Origin: Octopus sinensis
Lineage: Eukaryota
Reading direction: 5' to 3'
Assembly: GCF_006345805.1 (NCBI RefSeq)
Contig: NC_043006.1
Span: forward strand, 105,400,001 to 105,464,000
Length of the DNA stretch: 64,000 bases
Part shown: one piece after another, positions 1 through 14,247 of the stretch
Numbering within the stretch: position 1 is the first letter of the stretch
Layout: the number at the start of each line of letters is the position of its first letter
Made by a program: the position numbers and the translations under genes
The notes under the pieces: model-generated
What the model saw: the letters and a program-made list of their open reading frames with translations, nothing else
What the model was told of the DNA's origin: nothing
The model's database searches: none

Positions 1-808
1 ATTCTGCAATATTGAACTTAACAAATTCATGAATGTTCAGAAGAATACATCTCCAACTAATACATATCATACAGGGAAAAACAATTTTTTACAATATGGA
101 GGGTCAATATGACTGTGAAGTACTCAAGGAGTGTGCTTTTCATCGTATAATTCTGAGAGCAGGAGAAATAGGTGTCACATAAGACGATGTCAGAACCTAG
201 AAAAAAGGATATAAAGTGTAATCCTGGATACCAAGTATTAGCAGAAGAAATTGCAGATGAAGTTCTTGTCAGTGACGGCAGAGATACGGAGGATGTTGTA
301 GGCGAGGAACCATTGCCCAGATATTTCAACTTCATGTCTTTATAACAATTTTTTGTACTTTGACTTGTCAACAGAAGCTGATTTTCAGCAATATTATCAA
401 CACCTTAGAGTCAAGAGGGAATTCTTCATTATTCGGAGTTACAGCAGCTATTAAGCCAGTAATAATCTCGATGACGCTGCCCACGCTGCCTCATTCCCTA
501 CCACTTCTCAATCGCCTTAGGATTTTAGGAATGAGATGCAAAAACCAGGGAAACGTCATATCTGTAATTCATAACGATAAGATATCACTTCCACCTCTAC
601 AACCGACTCCACCACATCGAGTTCATATTATATCTACAATAGGTAATTGAAATTAACAATTTACGGTATTAACTTAATTTTTAAATACTCTAATGATAAA
701 GAATGTTATAAACTATATACTTATATGCTTTATATAGTAATCTTCTGTAATTTTCTGTAATTACTATTTAGCCTGTTCATCGTAAAATGTAATTAGAAAG
801 CCCACATG

Positions 809-844
<36 letters not shown>

Positions 845-1927
845 AACACACATGCACACACACACATACATATATATACACACATACACATACATGCACA
901 TATACATATAAATATACATATACATAAACACACACACACACATATATATATATACACACATATACATATACACACACATATATATATATACATATAGACA
1001 TATATATGTGTGTGTGTATGATACTGTCGCCACAGAGGAAGTGACTTTGTGATTTATTCCCACATCATATCGTTTCCAAAGATATCTCTCATAAAGCCGT
1101 AACCTTCTGCCTGTGCTTTTCACGCAGCCTATAACCAGTATTAAGTTTTCTAATCTGTAGATTATCGATTGAGAGAACTTTAGTTGCTACTTCTTGTTTG
1201 CAGCCCTTTCAGCTGTGTGCGAAGTATGTTGAATCATAATGGTCTCAAATCCACATCAGAGTTTCTAAACCATCACGGACTTACCATTTGGACGGAGTGG
1301 TTTAATTTGAGTTTCTGCCTATTTTTAAAAAGTAGCGTTACTTTGACTGACACTGTCATTAACTCTGGAATATGAGTTTTTTGATTTCTCTCCCCTCGAC
1401 GTATTTATACTATATTAAGAGTTTACTTCCATCACATTTGATGTAGAGAGCATATATATTACTATTCACCAGTAATGATATCGCAACATATGACCTGCTA
1501 GAAATATCAGGAAACTTTCCCTCGTGTCATACGCTCACGATATTTCAAAAATAAAGAGAAGGAACATAAATATACACTGCTTGAATGCCCATGATTAGGG
1601 CTGACCTAGGGCTAAATCTACAAAAGCAAACTTAGTAAGAACAAACAAAAAAATGAAAACAACTTTCCTAGCAATAAGCAGTTTAAGCGAGATATTTTGT
1701 GTCCAGGTGTAAAATTGTTCAGTCTATTTACATCAAATTATATAATTATATAATTATATATATCAACTCCCATAGAAACGTACAGCAAAAAAGATACGAT
1801 TGTATCATCTAAGGACTGACACTATAATTTTTAAGTATTTTAAGCTATGAGAAAAACAAAGCTACTTGTTTATATATATATATATATTAATATAGGATGA
1901 AGTTTCTTCACCGAAAAAGACTTCATC

Positions 1928-1980
1928 AGCGAGTAAATAATATTGACGATTTAAAAGTCTGTTATAAGCATATTGGCATA
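1928..1980 (+). repeat. Unclassified dispersed repeat, homologous to 19573-19632
   Basis: AGCGAGTAAATAATA...ATTGACGATTTAAA.GTCTGTTAT.AGCATATTGGCATA occurs at both sites. Confidence 0.7.
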
Positions 1981-2009
1981 GGAATAATTTTCTTTAGCCT
2001 TGTTTATAA

Positions 2010-2046
<37 letters not shown>

Positions 2047-2700
2047 GAATATGAATATGGATAAAAGTGTGTGTGTGTGTGTGTGTGTGTGTATGCGTGT
2101 GTATGTGTTATATAAACATTTCTGTTGTTAATTGTATATGTGAATAGGTATGTGTTCATGTGGGCGGGCATGTGCGTTTGGCAAAGTGTTGCAGAATTAA
2201 ACAGGATACGTTGCCATATTTTTCAAAGCCCAGAGAAATAAACTCTGCCTTTCCTCATCTGAACGACGATAGATATCGAACCACCCAATCATTGGTACAT
2301 TTTTCATCTGATCCAGTTGTCACATACTGAATAATCCGCTGGATCAAGAGTGCGGAAGTGGAGAGGGCGTCCACTCGTACGTACACGGGTACCGATAACC
2401 GTTACTGAAATCAAGGTGGATTCTGACATCACGTAATCCTCACAAGCCTCTGACGACCATAGCTTTTACACACACGCACACACACACGCACAAACACAAA
2501 CATAAATAGATACACACACACATGCACACACACACACACACTTCGTTTATGATTAAATGTGTCCATTATAAAAGCTGACAGAAGTACCGAACATGCATAT
2601 TATTAATCAGTGTGTATGAGGAGGAGGAGGAGGTATATATAAACACACACACCCCCACACACAAACACACATATATATGATATTATAATATGTACAATAA

Positions 2701-3271
2701 GGCGGCGAGCTGGCAGAAACGTTAGCGCGCCGGGCGAAATGCTTATCGGTATTTCGGCTGCCGTTACGTTCTGAGTTCAAATTCCGCCGAAGTCGACTTA
2801 ACCTTTCATCCTTTCAGGGTCTATTAAATAAGTACCAGTTACGCACTGGGGTCGATATAATCGACTTAATCCGTGTGTCTGTCCTTGTTTGTTTCCTCTG
2901 TGTTTAGCCCCTTGTGGGTAATAAAGAAATAGGTATTTCGTTTGTCTTTATATTCTGAGTTCAAATTCCACCGAGGTCGACTTTGCCTTTCATCCTTTCG
3001 GGGTCGATAAATTAAGTACCAGTTCCGCACTGGGGTCGATGTAATCGACTTAATACCTATGTCTGTCCTTGTTTGTCCCCTCTGTGTTTAGCCCCTTGTG
3101 GGTAATAAAGAAATAGGTATTTCGTTTGTCTTTATATTCTGAGTTCAAATTCCACCGAGGTCGACTTTGCCTTTCAGGGTCGATAAATGAAGTACCAGTT
3201 GCGTACTGGGGTCGGTCCAATCGACTATCCCCCTCCCCTAACATTTCGGGCCTTGTGCCTATAGTAGAAAA
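2701..3271 (+). mobile_element. SINE family A (tRNA-like head, Meta/MESC-like core), three-unit concatemer
   Basis: A-box-like TGGCAGAAACGTT and B-box GAGTTCAAATTCC are present. The core CCGAGGTCGACTTTGCCTTTCATCCTTTCGGGGTCGATAAATTAAGTACC occurs three times. Confidence 0.85.
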
Positions 3272-3777
3272 ACTATAATATGTATAATTTGTTCGGCCTA
3301 AATTTGACACTTCACTAACGTATGAAGCTATTTCGGAAAGAAAAAGGTAATAAAAATATTGTCAAATTTATCCCGGACAGCTTGTATTTGTATTTGCATA
3401 TCCTCATATAGGTGCCCGTATATATATTTATATTCACATATCAATATGATTATATGATTAATTATTGCATACATATACATATTTATATATATGTCCGAGA
3501 GTGTATGCATGTGTATGTAAGAAATATATCAATAGAGTGTAGAGAAAGAAGGAATAGATAAGTTATACACAAACATTGGGTGTTCTGCTGTTGGAAAATT
3601 CACAGAACGACAAACATACACGCATACAAAGAGGACTACACATTCACCAACAGATATTAAAATATATATTTGGTAATAAATAAATAAATATTGTACACAT
3701 GTAATAAAAATAATATCACAAAAATATAACCGCCTAGATTAACCAATACATATCTTTAGAACATTCCATATTCAAAT

Positions 3778-4247
<470 letters not shown>

Positions 4248-4892
4248 AAAAATAGTAATTTATAATAGGAGAAATTGGGAAAAACGCATAATAAATAAAG
4301 AGAAAATACATAAAGCAAAAGAAAATAACAAATATAAAAATATAAATAAACCAGTAAATAAGCGATAAAGTAAAGAAATAAGGAGAAAAATGCACTAAAT
4401 ACATTAACGAAATGAGCAATGACATACGTAAACATATGAATATATGTATATATATTCTGTGTATATCTTCTGAAAGTTATAAGTACGAAATCACATCAAT
4501 GTTTTCCAATCCTAGTGAATCCCTGACAGTTTCGACAACCGCCATATTGAATAGTGAATTCATCATGAAACATGGAGATATAATTTATTGCAGAACTCTT
4601 TACATCTTAAGTACATCTGCGTTATCACCATAATATAGAGCAGAGGAATATTTTTGATGGACTATCCAAATTATCTCGTCCAAATACCCAATGATTAATA
4701 GCCATGCAAGCACATGTATACACACACAAACACACACATACGCATATTTATTTATTTATATATTTATTCGTGTGTATGTATATATATTGCGTATGTATGT
4801 ACGTATGTATGCATACACATGCCATAAATATGTGTGAGCGTATTTATACAGAATATTTATATATTTACATTATATGTATATGTATATATCTG

Positions 4893-4943
<51 letters not shown>

Positions 4944-7348
4944 GCACAGACACTCACAAATGCACTCACACACGTATGTACTTTCTATTTACATATTCAC
5001 AATTAAAGTCTAACATTCTTCTGCAAATAGCTTTTTACATTCACACACACATTCAAATACATGTATTCGCAATACAAAAGTATTAACAGCTGTATTTTAC
5101 TATCCATGCGTATGCTGTACACATTCATTGTACTCCTACACAATATATATATATAGATTTATACACAAGGATGTACATGTGCGTGCGTATAAGGGGTTAT
5201 ATAATCTATGCATTCATAGTATATCTCATGACGAATACATGACTCCCCCTGAAAATCAGTGAATTTTTTTTCCCTTCTTCATTAATAATGTGGGGATCGT
5301 ATCTTTATAATGCTTCTTTTTTTGCCATTATACTGGGCAAGTATAAAAAGATTTAAATACTTTGAATTTTATTAAAATTTTGCGATAACTTTGATTTGAT
5401 GTTATAGCCTTCTATGCATCTACGTGAGAAATAGTAGTATAGCTGAGAATAGCTGCAGGTCAATAACATAATCTTTGTCTCTAAACTCATGGTCGTCCGC
5501 TCGATTGACGAGGATCATCTCGTCATCCTTAAAGATGACTCTTGTCTTGTGCAATGACTTTGGTTAAAGTGAAAATGTATTGCGTTCAGTCGATTTCACA
5601 CTCACGTCCGTGACCATCGATCCAGTGGCTAGACCAAGTCAAGCCGACTAGAAGTAGAAACGGATGTAGGGAATGACCAAGGTGTCTGAATTGCCTCATC
5701 TTGCTCTCTGATACCAAAATGCGGTGTTGCAGCTGTTTTCTTCTACGTTGAACCATGAAGTATTCTTCCACTGAAACCGCCGTATCCAGCCTTCACCAGT
5801 GTTCTCTTGCAAAGGTTGGCAAGGCTCTAATTTGCTAGTTAACCTATAACTGAGACTTTGACATGTGCTACTACTTTAGGTTAGAGTATACTTGGAACTA
5901 AAGTGGTTAAGAGGTGGCCCCACATTCCTTAAAACCCTGGAAATCCCGAACTAGTACCCCATTGCCAGATACAAATTAAAGTCTCTAGAATATCACGGTA
6001 AATTACAATGCTAAGAGACACTTCACACTATTATCGTCTCTAAATTCTAACTGTATAGTTAACAATATTAATAGTTTCTTAACACCATCATCGCATGTAA
6101 GCTAGAAAAGCTTGTCTGGCAATTCTAAAACACTAATTACATTGTAATAGAGTGTAATCAATGAACCTGTCATTATCTGTCAGCTATAAGTTCCTTTAGT
6201 ACCATGAACAATATTTGGACCTCAGTTAATTACTTGCAATGGCGTATATAAAGCACAGATTCCCATATAGTGGTTTGTATTAGTGCAAATTATAGAAAGA
6301 TGTTTAGTTTGGATAAGGCTGTAAGTTGTTAGATGAAGAAGAAAGTGGTATGTTGGGGATTGATGCTATCGTCGGATTGAATGCCTCACATAATTGCATA
6401 CGAATCTCTGTGCTCTAAGTTCAACTTTTGCTGCTGTGATGTTTGATTTGGACTCTAAAGACGTCAATACAGGACGGCGAGGAAATGGTTTTGATTAAAG
6501 AATGTCGGACAGGATGCATGATTGTGTTCGTTGTGGTCTCAGTCCAAGTCATACCATGGGTCTATTAATCGGTAACCTTAATACACAGCCCGGTTTAAGC
6601 AGGTACGTTATTGCTTTTAGCAGACACCGCTGTCTTGTAAGCATTTGGGTCAGATTTTCTTTTGATTTGAGATATCGCACGTTGTAGCGAGCAGTTGAAT
6701 TTTCGATTGGTTCGTTAAGTTGCAATACCCGTACCATGGATAGTTTGATTTGCTGATGAAGCTGCCTACTTTAGACTTGCTTATTTTCAACAGGAGGTCA
6801 AATATTGAGATATAAAAAGGGAGAAGTAGGGAGGGTGAGGGTGAGATGTAGAGAAAACAAGCCGGTGATGCAATTTTGATATCACAATAAACAATGACGG
6901 ATGCCAAAATCGAATCGTTGACGCCTTATTGAAAATTATAATTCAAGCGAGGAGTCACTGCATTTTCACTGCTAATGGTTGTTTTCCGTTGTTTCAACAG
7001 GTGTGTAGTTTACTTCGGTGAAGCACGGCTGCATTTAGCGTGGTCTAACCTGGTCCGGGTTTGTCTGCCTGATCTAATAATGACACGTTCATGTATGATT
7101 TTGTCTTAAGAGAATTATTCAGGTCTGCATAGATTCATGTTAAGATGAGTGATCTGTTAACATGATTGTGTGTCTACATAGAACTGTATTCATACATAGG
7201 CGCAGGTGTAGCTGTGTGCGGGCGCTTTTTGTCTTCTCCCATCCTTATCATCCTTGTATCATTATCATTCATCTCATTAATGCCCGTGTCCAGCCCGCAA
7301 GCTTCCTTACACTATGTACTGCCTTTATGGCAAATTTAATCAAATAAA

Positions 7349-7492
7349 GAAGCTTGCTTCCCAACCACATGGTTCTGGGTGGCACTTTGGGTAAGTGTCT
7401 CCTACTTGGGTAAGTGTCTCCTACTTTGGGTAAGTGTCTCCTCGGGCCGTTTAAATTCTTGCGAGTGGATTTGGTAGACAATACTGAAAGGA
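7349..7492 (+). mobile_element. SINE family B (tRNA head, CORE-like TTGGGCAAGTGTC) 5' part with internal triplication
   Basis: CCAACCACATGGTTCTGGGT...; TTGGGTAAGTGTCTCCT occurs three times at 7386-7442. Confidence 0.75.
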
Positions 7493-8198
7493 CGCACATA
7501 CTTGTATGAACGTCTTATTATTACTATTTATGATTCTTTACATTCTGATTTCATACCCATCTTTTTGGGGTCGAGATAATAAAACAATAGTCAAGCACTG
7601 TATCTATGGCATCAGCTAATTTCCGCCCCCCCCCTCGAAACTGGTAGCCTTGTGCCTCCATGAAAAGTCATCATTAAATGATTATAAATAATGTGTGTGT
7701 TTGTGTGTGCTGCGTTCTTGTGTGTGTGCTGCGTTCTTGTGTGTGTGTACAAATGAAAGGGCCCTCAAACATATGCGCATATATACATACATATATGAAT
7801 ATCTGAAGAGTTCGATTGAACAGACGAAAGCGCGAGTAAACAATTATCCAAAATTTTGACTACCTCCTTAATATTCTATATCGGTATAGCAATATACATA
7901 CGTACACACACACACAGACACACACATGTATATATATGTATGTGTGTGTGTGTGTGTGTAAAATCATTCTTGCTTGGATTAATGAAACACGAAGTCCATC
8001 ACACAGAGCTTAGGCAGAGTAAGTCGAAAGCAGACTTCGAACTTTTTTCCACCCAAAACTATTCTTCTGCTCAGTATTCTGCTATTCTTTATAGATGTAT
8101 GTGATGTACGTCGACAACGATTATTAAAAAAAAAAACATAAAAGAATTTTATACTCACACGCACACACACATGTACATGTATACGCACATACACATAT

Positions 8199-8639
8199 AG
8201 GCGTGGCTGTGTGGTATCAAACTTGCTTTCCAGCTATATGGTCCAGGATCCGTCTATCTACGTGGTACCTTCGGCAAGCGTCTTCTACAAGAAACTTGTG
8301 AGTGGATCTAGTAGTCGGAAACTGAAAGAAGCCTTTATACTAATACATATGTTTGTTTGTACACCACCTGCCTTCGTCTTTTGTATATTTTAGTAAACTC
8401 TCCCTTTATATATATATATTATGTGTGTGTCTGTGTCTTTGTGTCTGAATTTCTCCACCCAACGCCATTGGACAACTGATGTTCACGTCCCCGTAAACCA
8501 GCGGTTCCGTAAAAGAGACCGATAGAATAAGAACTAGGCTAACAAAGAATAAGTCCTGGGGCCGATTTGTCCGACTAAAAATGTCCTTAAAACGGTGCTC
8601 CAGCTTGGCTGTAGTCAAATGACTGAAACAAGTAATAGA

Positions 8640-8640
<1 letters not shown>
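8199..8640 (+). mobile_element. SINE family B
   Basis: GCGTGGCTGTGTGG head through the GGTGCTCCAGC...GTCAAATGACTGAAACAAG tail. Confidence 0.85.
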
Positions 8641-8702
<62 letters not shown>

Positions 8703-8837
8703 ACACACACATGTATATACACACACACACACACTCCCACACGCATATGCACGCACTTCATATACAGTCAAATATATTTAGATACTGGGAGGATCATATA
8801 TTTAATAAAACAGCATTGCTCTTGATGAATTTGTGAA

Positions 8838-8853
8838 AACTACTGCTACTACA

Positions 8854-8922
<69 letters not shown>

Positions 8923-8968
8923 GCAACTACTCCTACTATCAGTAGTAGTAGTAGTAGTAGTAGTAGTA
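8838..8968. repeat. Compound trinucleotide microsatellite (CTA)n(CTG)n(AGT)n
   Basis: Direct reading. Confidence 0.95.
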
Positions 8969-9263
8969 AGAACAACACATGACTTCGCCGATATATATTG
9001 ACCAACCCAGTCTAGTAATTAAAAACCATAGCTGAAATTGAAAAAAATAAGATAAAATAAAAGATATATTTGTCAGATATATCACCAGCGAACCGTGTTA
9101 AAATAATCGGCCTTAATTAATCAACCAAGGCAAACGTATAAACAAAGATGTAAATTAATAAATGAACAGACCAATAAATGGATCGTTAAGTTTTCATTAA
9201 AATATACTAAAAACTTGGCATTAGTCAATTTCTATCTGTATCGCTTATTGGCATTTCTGTATA

Positions 9264-10240
9264 CGAGGCCTGATCAATAAGTATCCGGACTGGTGCTATA
9301 ACAACAAAACTACAACACGTACCAATTTGGCATTTGACCTCTTTCAAAGCAGTCCCCATCGGAAGCCTTGAACTTAATTCAGCGCTGTTTGCGTTGATGG
9401 AAGCAATCCTGGAACTGGTTTTCTGGATTAATCAGCAGTTGCCTTGTCGCATAAGAAAGATGGAAAATCGCGAGCAGCGAGATTTGGGGAATATGGTGGT
9501 TGTCGGAGCGGGAAAGGCTTTGCCGAGCCAAAAATGCTGCACAAGCTGAGCTGAATGAGCAGGCGCGTTGCCATTGTGCAATTCTCATTCACTGGATGCA
9601 TGCAATCGTGGCCTTTGCCGACGAATAACATCCCGCAAACTCCTCAAAACATCACGGTAGTACTCTTTGTTGACTGTCTGACCAGCTGGAGCATACTTAT
9701 GATAAACCATCCCCTTGTAGTCGAAGAAAACGGTCAACAGTGTCTTCACATTGCTTCGACTGATTTGTGCTTTCGGTCTCGGAGAGGCTGGGGTTCTTCT
9801 ACTGCGAAGAATGAGCTTTTGTTTCGGGGCCATAGCCATAGACCCACGATTTATCAAAAAGTTTTCATCGTTCTCGGCAGAATCAGGGATATCTTGTGCA
9901 AGTGAAACCCGCATCTATTTGGTCAGCCGAAAGCATTTGGGGCACAACCTTGGCAGACACGCGTCTTATACCCAAACCTTCAGTGATGATGCACTTAACT
10001 AACCTGCACACGGATGGTGACTCAACGATTTCCCCTCACAGCTTCACACACATCGGCGATGTTTTTCTCAGTTCTGCTGGTTGCGGGTCTCCCAGAGCGT
10101 TCGTCACTATTGACATTTGTTCGGTCATCTTGGAAACGTCTGAATCACTCATACACTTGTGTGCGGCTCATACACTCTCTATACACTTTCTGCAACTTTG
10201 CGTAAGCCTCTGAGCAGATATGGCTAAGATTTTGGCAAAG
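9264..10240 (-). mobile_element. Mariner transposon (irritans-like), decayed, one TIR retained
   Basis: TA followed by TIR CGAGGCCTGATCAATAAGTATCCGGACTG at 9262-9292. Minus frames give KTLLTVFFDYKGMVYHKYAPAGQTVNKEYYRDVL and QPPYSPNLAARDF, with frameshifts. Confidence 0.9.
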
Positions 10241-10544
10241 TATAACCAACGCAAGAAGAGCAAGGTATAACGAATATTACTTCACTGCTTCAAACCAGAA
10301 ATGGGATACTTCAAATTACAGAAGTTCGTCCCTTGCCAGGAGCAAAAGAAGCAAAAAAAGGGTCCAAAAGAATATATATATATATATATATATGAGAAAA
10401 TAAAGAAGGAAAATGCACACACTTTACATAGTTTTGATATAATTTTAAAATATCTTATATTGTGTTGGTCGACCGGTTTTGCTTTTGCCAATCGTAATAT
10501 TAAAATACGTTTAAATACGTATTTTCTTAAGAAAAATTTCTTTA

Positions 10545-10746
<202 letters not shown>

Positions 10747-13700
10747 CGGGAGACCTACAAAGCGTCATACACAATGCACTTCCCTCTATGAATAAACGGC
10801 AAAAAACGTCATTCAGCCTTTCATCGTATTTATTTCTATTGTTCAAGATACGGTAACAATAAAAATATTGTTGGAAGTGTGTTTGTATACAATAACTTTG
10901 TCTGTATTTGCATACATGCTTTCAGTTACTTTTGATAGATTATACGCAGTACATATGTACTTAAGTCAAGACCGAACGCGACTATAGTGCAATCGTACGA
11001 CGTATAATCTAAGGCAGATTAGTGCAAATCACTTTGACGGGCATTGCATAAAGTGCGTCCTAATTAATATCTGCAAAATTTTGTTCAAGTGAAAAAAGGT
11101 TATAACTATATGATCGTTTTTATAGAGCTGCATGTTTGAGGGACCATTGATAAAAAGATCAACTACCATGAGATAGGGTGGGAAGTGATTGAGAAAAAAT
11201 GTTCTGCTGTATAGTATTTGATATGTTAACGGACATGATTGAAACTTTTAGAAAAAATCATTCGTGTAGGTGTTTTTAAATGTAATTAAAAGAATGCCTC
11301 TTTTTGGCGAATTCGGTCAGAACTTTAGGAATTCCGTGAGGGTTTTCCCTTTGTTCTCTTTATTGAGAATCCGTTTTACCATTTGAAATCTGTAGCAGAA
11401 ATGGAGAGCCATTAGTGAGTCATATTTTAGTTTTTTATTGTCAAATTTTCAGTGAGTAGACAAACCTTTTCAATGAAACAAAAAGTTAGAAGTGGGTTTT
11501 ATTTTAAAACAATTTGATGTATAACGAATTCTTTAAAAGCTAAATTAATATTTCAGACAGTGACGGATGAACCTCATAAAATTCATCGCATAATTTATTG
11601 CATCTAAGTTTTCATCTACCAGTAAACTAAGTGTGGGTTTAAACTCTCGCCTTCTTCCATCGATGCTGATCTCGTTTTAAAGTAAACTTAAATGCACAAC
11701 GTCTAGATGTTACAATCATTGTATGAATTCTTTAATCTGTAGCATTGTTACTTAAGTAACTAAGACGCACAAATTAAAACTTAACTTGCGATAATGAAAG
11801 TTATAACCCTCACTTACGAGGGAGTATAACCTGACTGCATGTAGTATGCTTTCGCTAATTGCTTTGGGTGTATATGTAGCCGCGAACAAACATAGACACT
11901 ATCTCGTCCCATCTACTCTTCCTTTTCAGCCATTGGTTCATTGACAATATGACAGGGAAAGAGAATAACACGAGTTGTCGACAAACACTTCTTTCCAGGT
12001 GGATAGTCTGGAATGACGAGAATGAAGTGCATTGATCAAGGACAAAATTCACCACATAGTCCAGGAACTAAATGTGCAACTTAAGGATCGCGAGCCCAAG
12101 TTAATTACCTGGTCACAATTTTCCACAACGTTTACATAATGTGTAACTTTCTCGGGAGACAAACATTTATATAGTATAAAGATACTTTTAATATAAACTT
12201 ACTTCTGGAACAATTTGACTTTACGACGTAGTGTTAAAGTAGAAACTGTCTAAAATAACGTTCCTTGCCTACTTACTGTTCAAAAATCGAGCTTTTATTT
12301 AATATCGATGCTTAATACGATGATGTCTGTAATATATTAATAATAAACTATTGCGTTCAACCGATTTTATTTATGAGAAGAAATAATGATTAAGTTCTGT
12401 TATATAACGAATTTCATGCACCGAAATAGAGAAGCAGAATGGCAAGTCTATAATAATTGACATCCGACAAAAATAAAGTAAATCTGTCCATTTACCGATG
12501 CCATTAATTTTGATAATTGTGATTTAAAGTGTAATGAATTTCAGAAATATTCTGAGATTTGGATTAACCTTAAATATTCAGTCGTCCATGAAACCCGAAA
12601 GGATTACAATTAAATTGGTGATAACTTATCTAAGTTTTGGTCATTATTTCCCAGGCCATGTCTCATCTAACAGCACTACTTGGTGAAGTCTTTTATATAA
12701 TATTTTAAAACACCATAGCCTGTACGAGAAGGGAGTTGTTGTTGGCCGAAATGTAAAGGTAACACAGTGGTTTGTCTGGTATTTCTTAGAGCAATTTATT
12801 ACCGTTAGCTAGTTAAGGAGTCTTCTCTCCTTTGAATTTTGATTTTTGAGTAGAAGCAGATAAGTTGAAGTGTCGCAACTTGTCATGAGTTCGATTTCTT
12901 TGAAGGCGCATGGCACAGCATTTGGCCTCGAGTGATTTATAAATACCGATGGAATAATTACCACTTTGTACCCATAATGTAGCTGTCTCGGAGGCGTTGC
13001 AGAGAATAGAGTTTGAACTTTTGGGAGGTTTGGTATTATAACTAAATGCTTCAGCATTTAGTCTGAGGTTCCTGAAAACGTAGGCCCCTAACATATGATG
13101 TTCTTCGTACTAGATCATCTGCCCTTAACTCAAGTAACAATTGTTTCCTTATTGAAATCGTTACACATTTTATTGTTTTAAAATCCAAAATGTTCCCAAA
13201 TTTTTTGTTCCCTTCAAAATGTCTGTAAATTCATTGAAATTTAACAATGAACAAGTGAAAAGTGAGACTATCATTTCTATATGTGTGTTAAATGCAGTAT
13301 CTGACTCATAAATAATTCTTTTTGTTCTGGATATTAAATCTCATATAAAACAATGATTTGCCCCTCTCTATGCATTTAGATACCTATTGTCAGATCAATG
13401 CTGTAACCGAATTCCTAAAGTTCTGACCGAATTCCAAACAAAGGCATTGTTTTGTCTACCTTTTAAATTTTAGCTTAATTTGATCAAGAATCAGCTATAT
13501 AAATAAGTCCTATTGATATTTTGAAATTAGGGGAAAAAAGTTCTTTCAGAAAAAATTATTTAGCAGAAAAAAATTAAATTACATGTGACTGAAAATCTAA
13601 TATATCAATAATTCCAATTTTATATACAACTAATTTTTGAACGTTCTTCATCAAAAGATTAATTATTTCGAAGGGAAACTAAGGACCATGGTGTAATTCA

Positions 13701-14247
13701 AAGATTGAAACTCAATCATAGAAGGGCGATAAGCAGCGGAACCGTCATGCAACAGACGAGATACCTTGCTGTATTATCCTCTCCATGAGTTGTCAGTTCA
13801 AGTCCCATTCTTGTCTACTACTCATTTCATCACTCCTGGGTCGCTAAAATAAGTATTTGGAAAGTAGACTATATTCTAGCGACTGTTTCTCTATTCTAAC
13901 TGGAGATTAAGTATTGCTGGTACTAACATCAAAATAGGAGATGAACATTTGGGGATTTTAGCAACTGCATAAGGAAACAAAATCAGGCATTTAATCGGCC
14001 CTTTTTTCCTTCTAAACACCGTCATAAAAGGATTCGGAAAAAGAGAACGAGTCTAAGCATTTTAGCAACAAGTATTGTCCATCCCAATATGTAACTGATA
14101 TTTATTTGATAGACTTTAGGAGAAATAACCTTTGCGTTATCTTTGGTTGGCGTTAAAATCAAAATGCAGAAGAGACGCAAATGCTAAACGATATTTTGTC
14201 CAAATAATAATAATGATAATAATTATAATAACAATAATAATAATAAT

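Noticed and set aside
1891-1935. Minus-strand CTGATGA...GAAAC motif
   Set aside because: No stem II base pair and no stem I pairing.
2190-2460. GC-richer island as exon or promoter
   Set aside because: All frames are short or stopped and there is no convincing splice pair; a single CRE-like motif is not enough.
5586-5800. EGWIRRFQWKN as a pogo/CENP-B HTH remnant
   Set aside because: Only a short motif resemblance with no flanking support.
7803-7840. CTGAAGA...GACGAAAG hammerhead-like motif
   Set aside because: Stem II is partly deleted and stems I and III do not pair; at most a dead remnant.
12813-13094. 93-aa minus-strand ORF as a terminal exon
   Set aside because: No recognisable domain and no linked exons.
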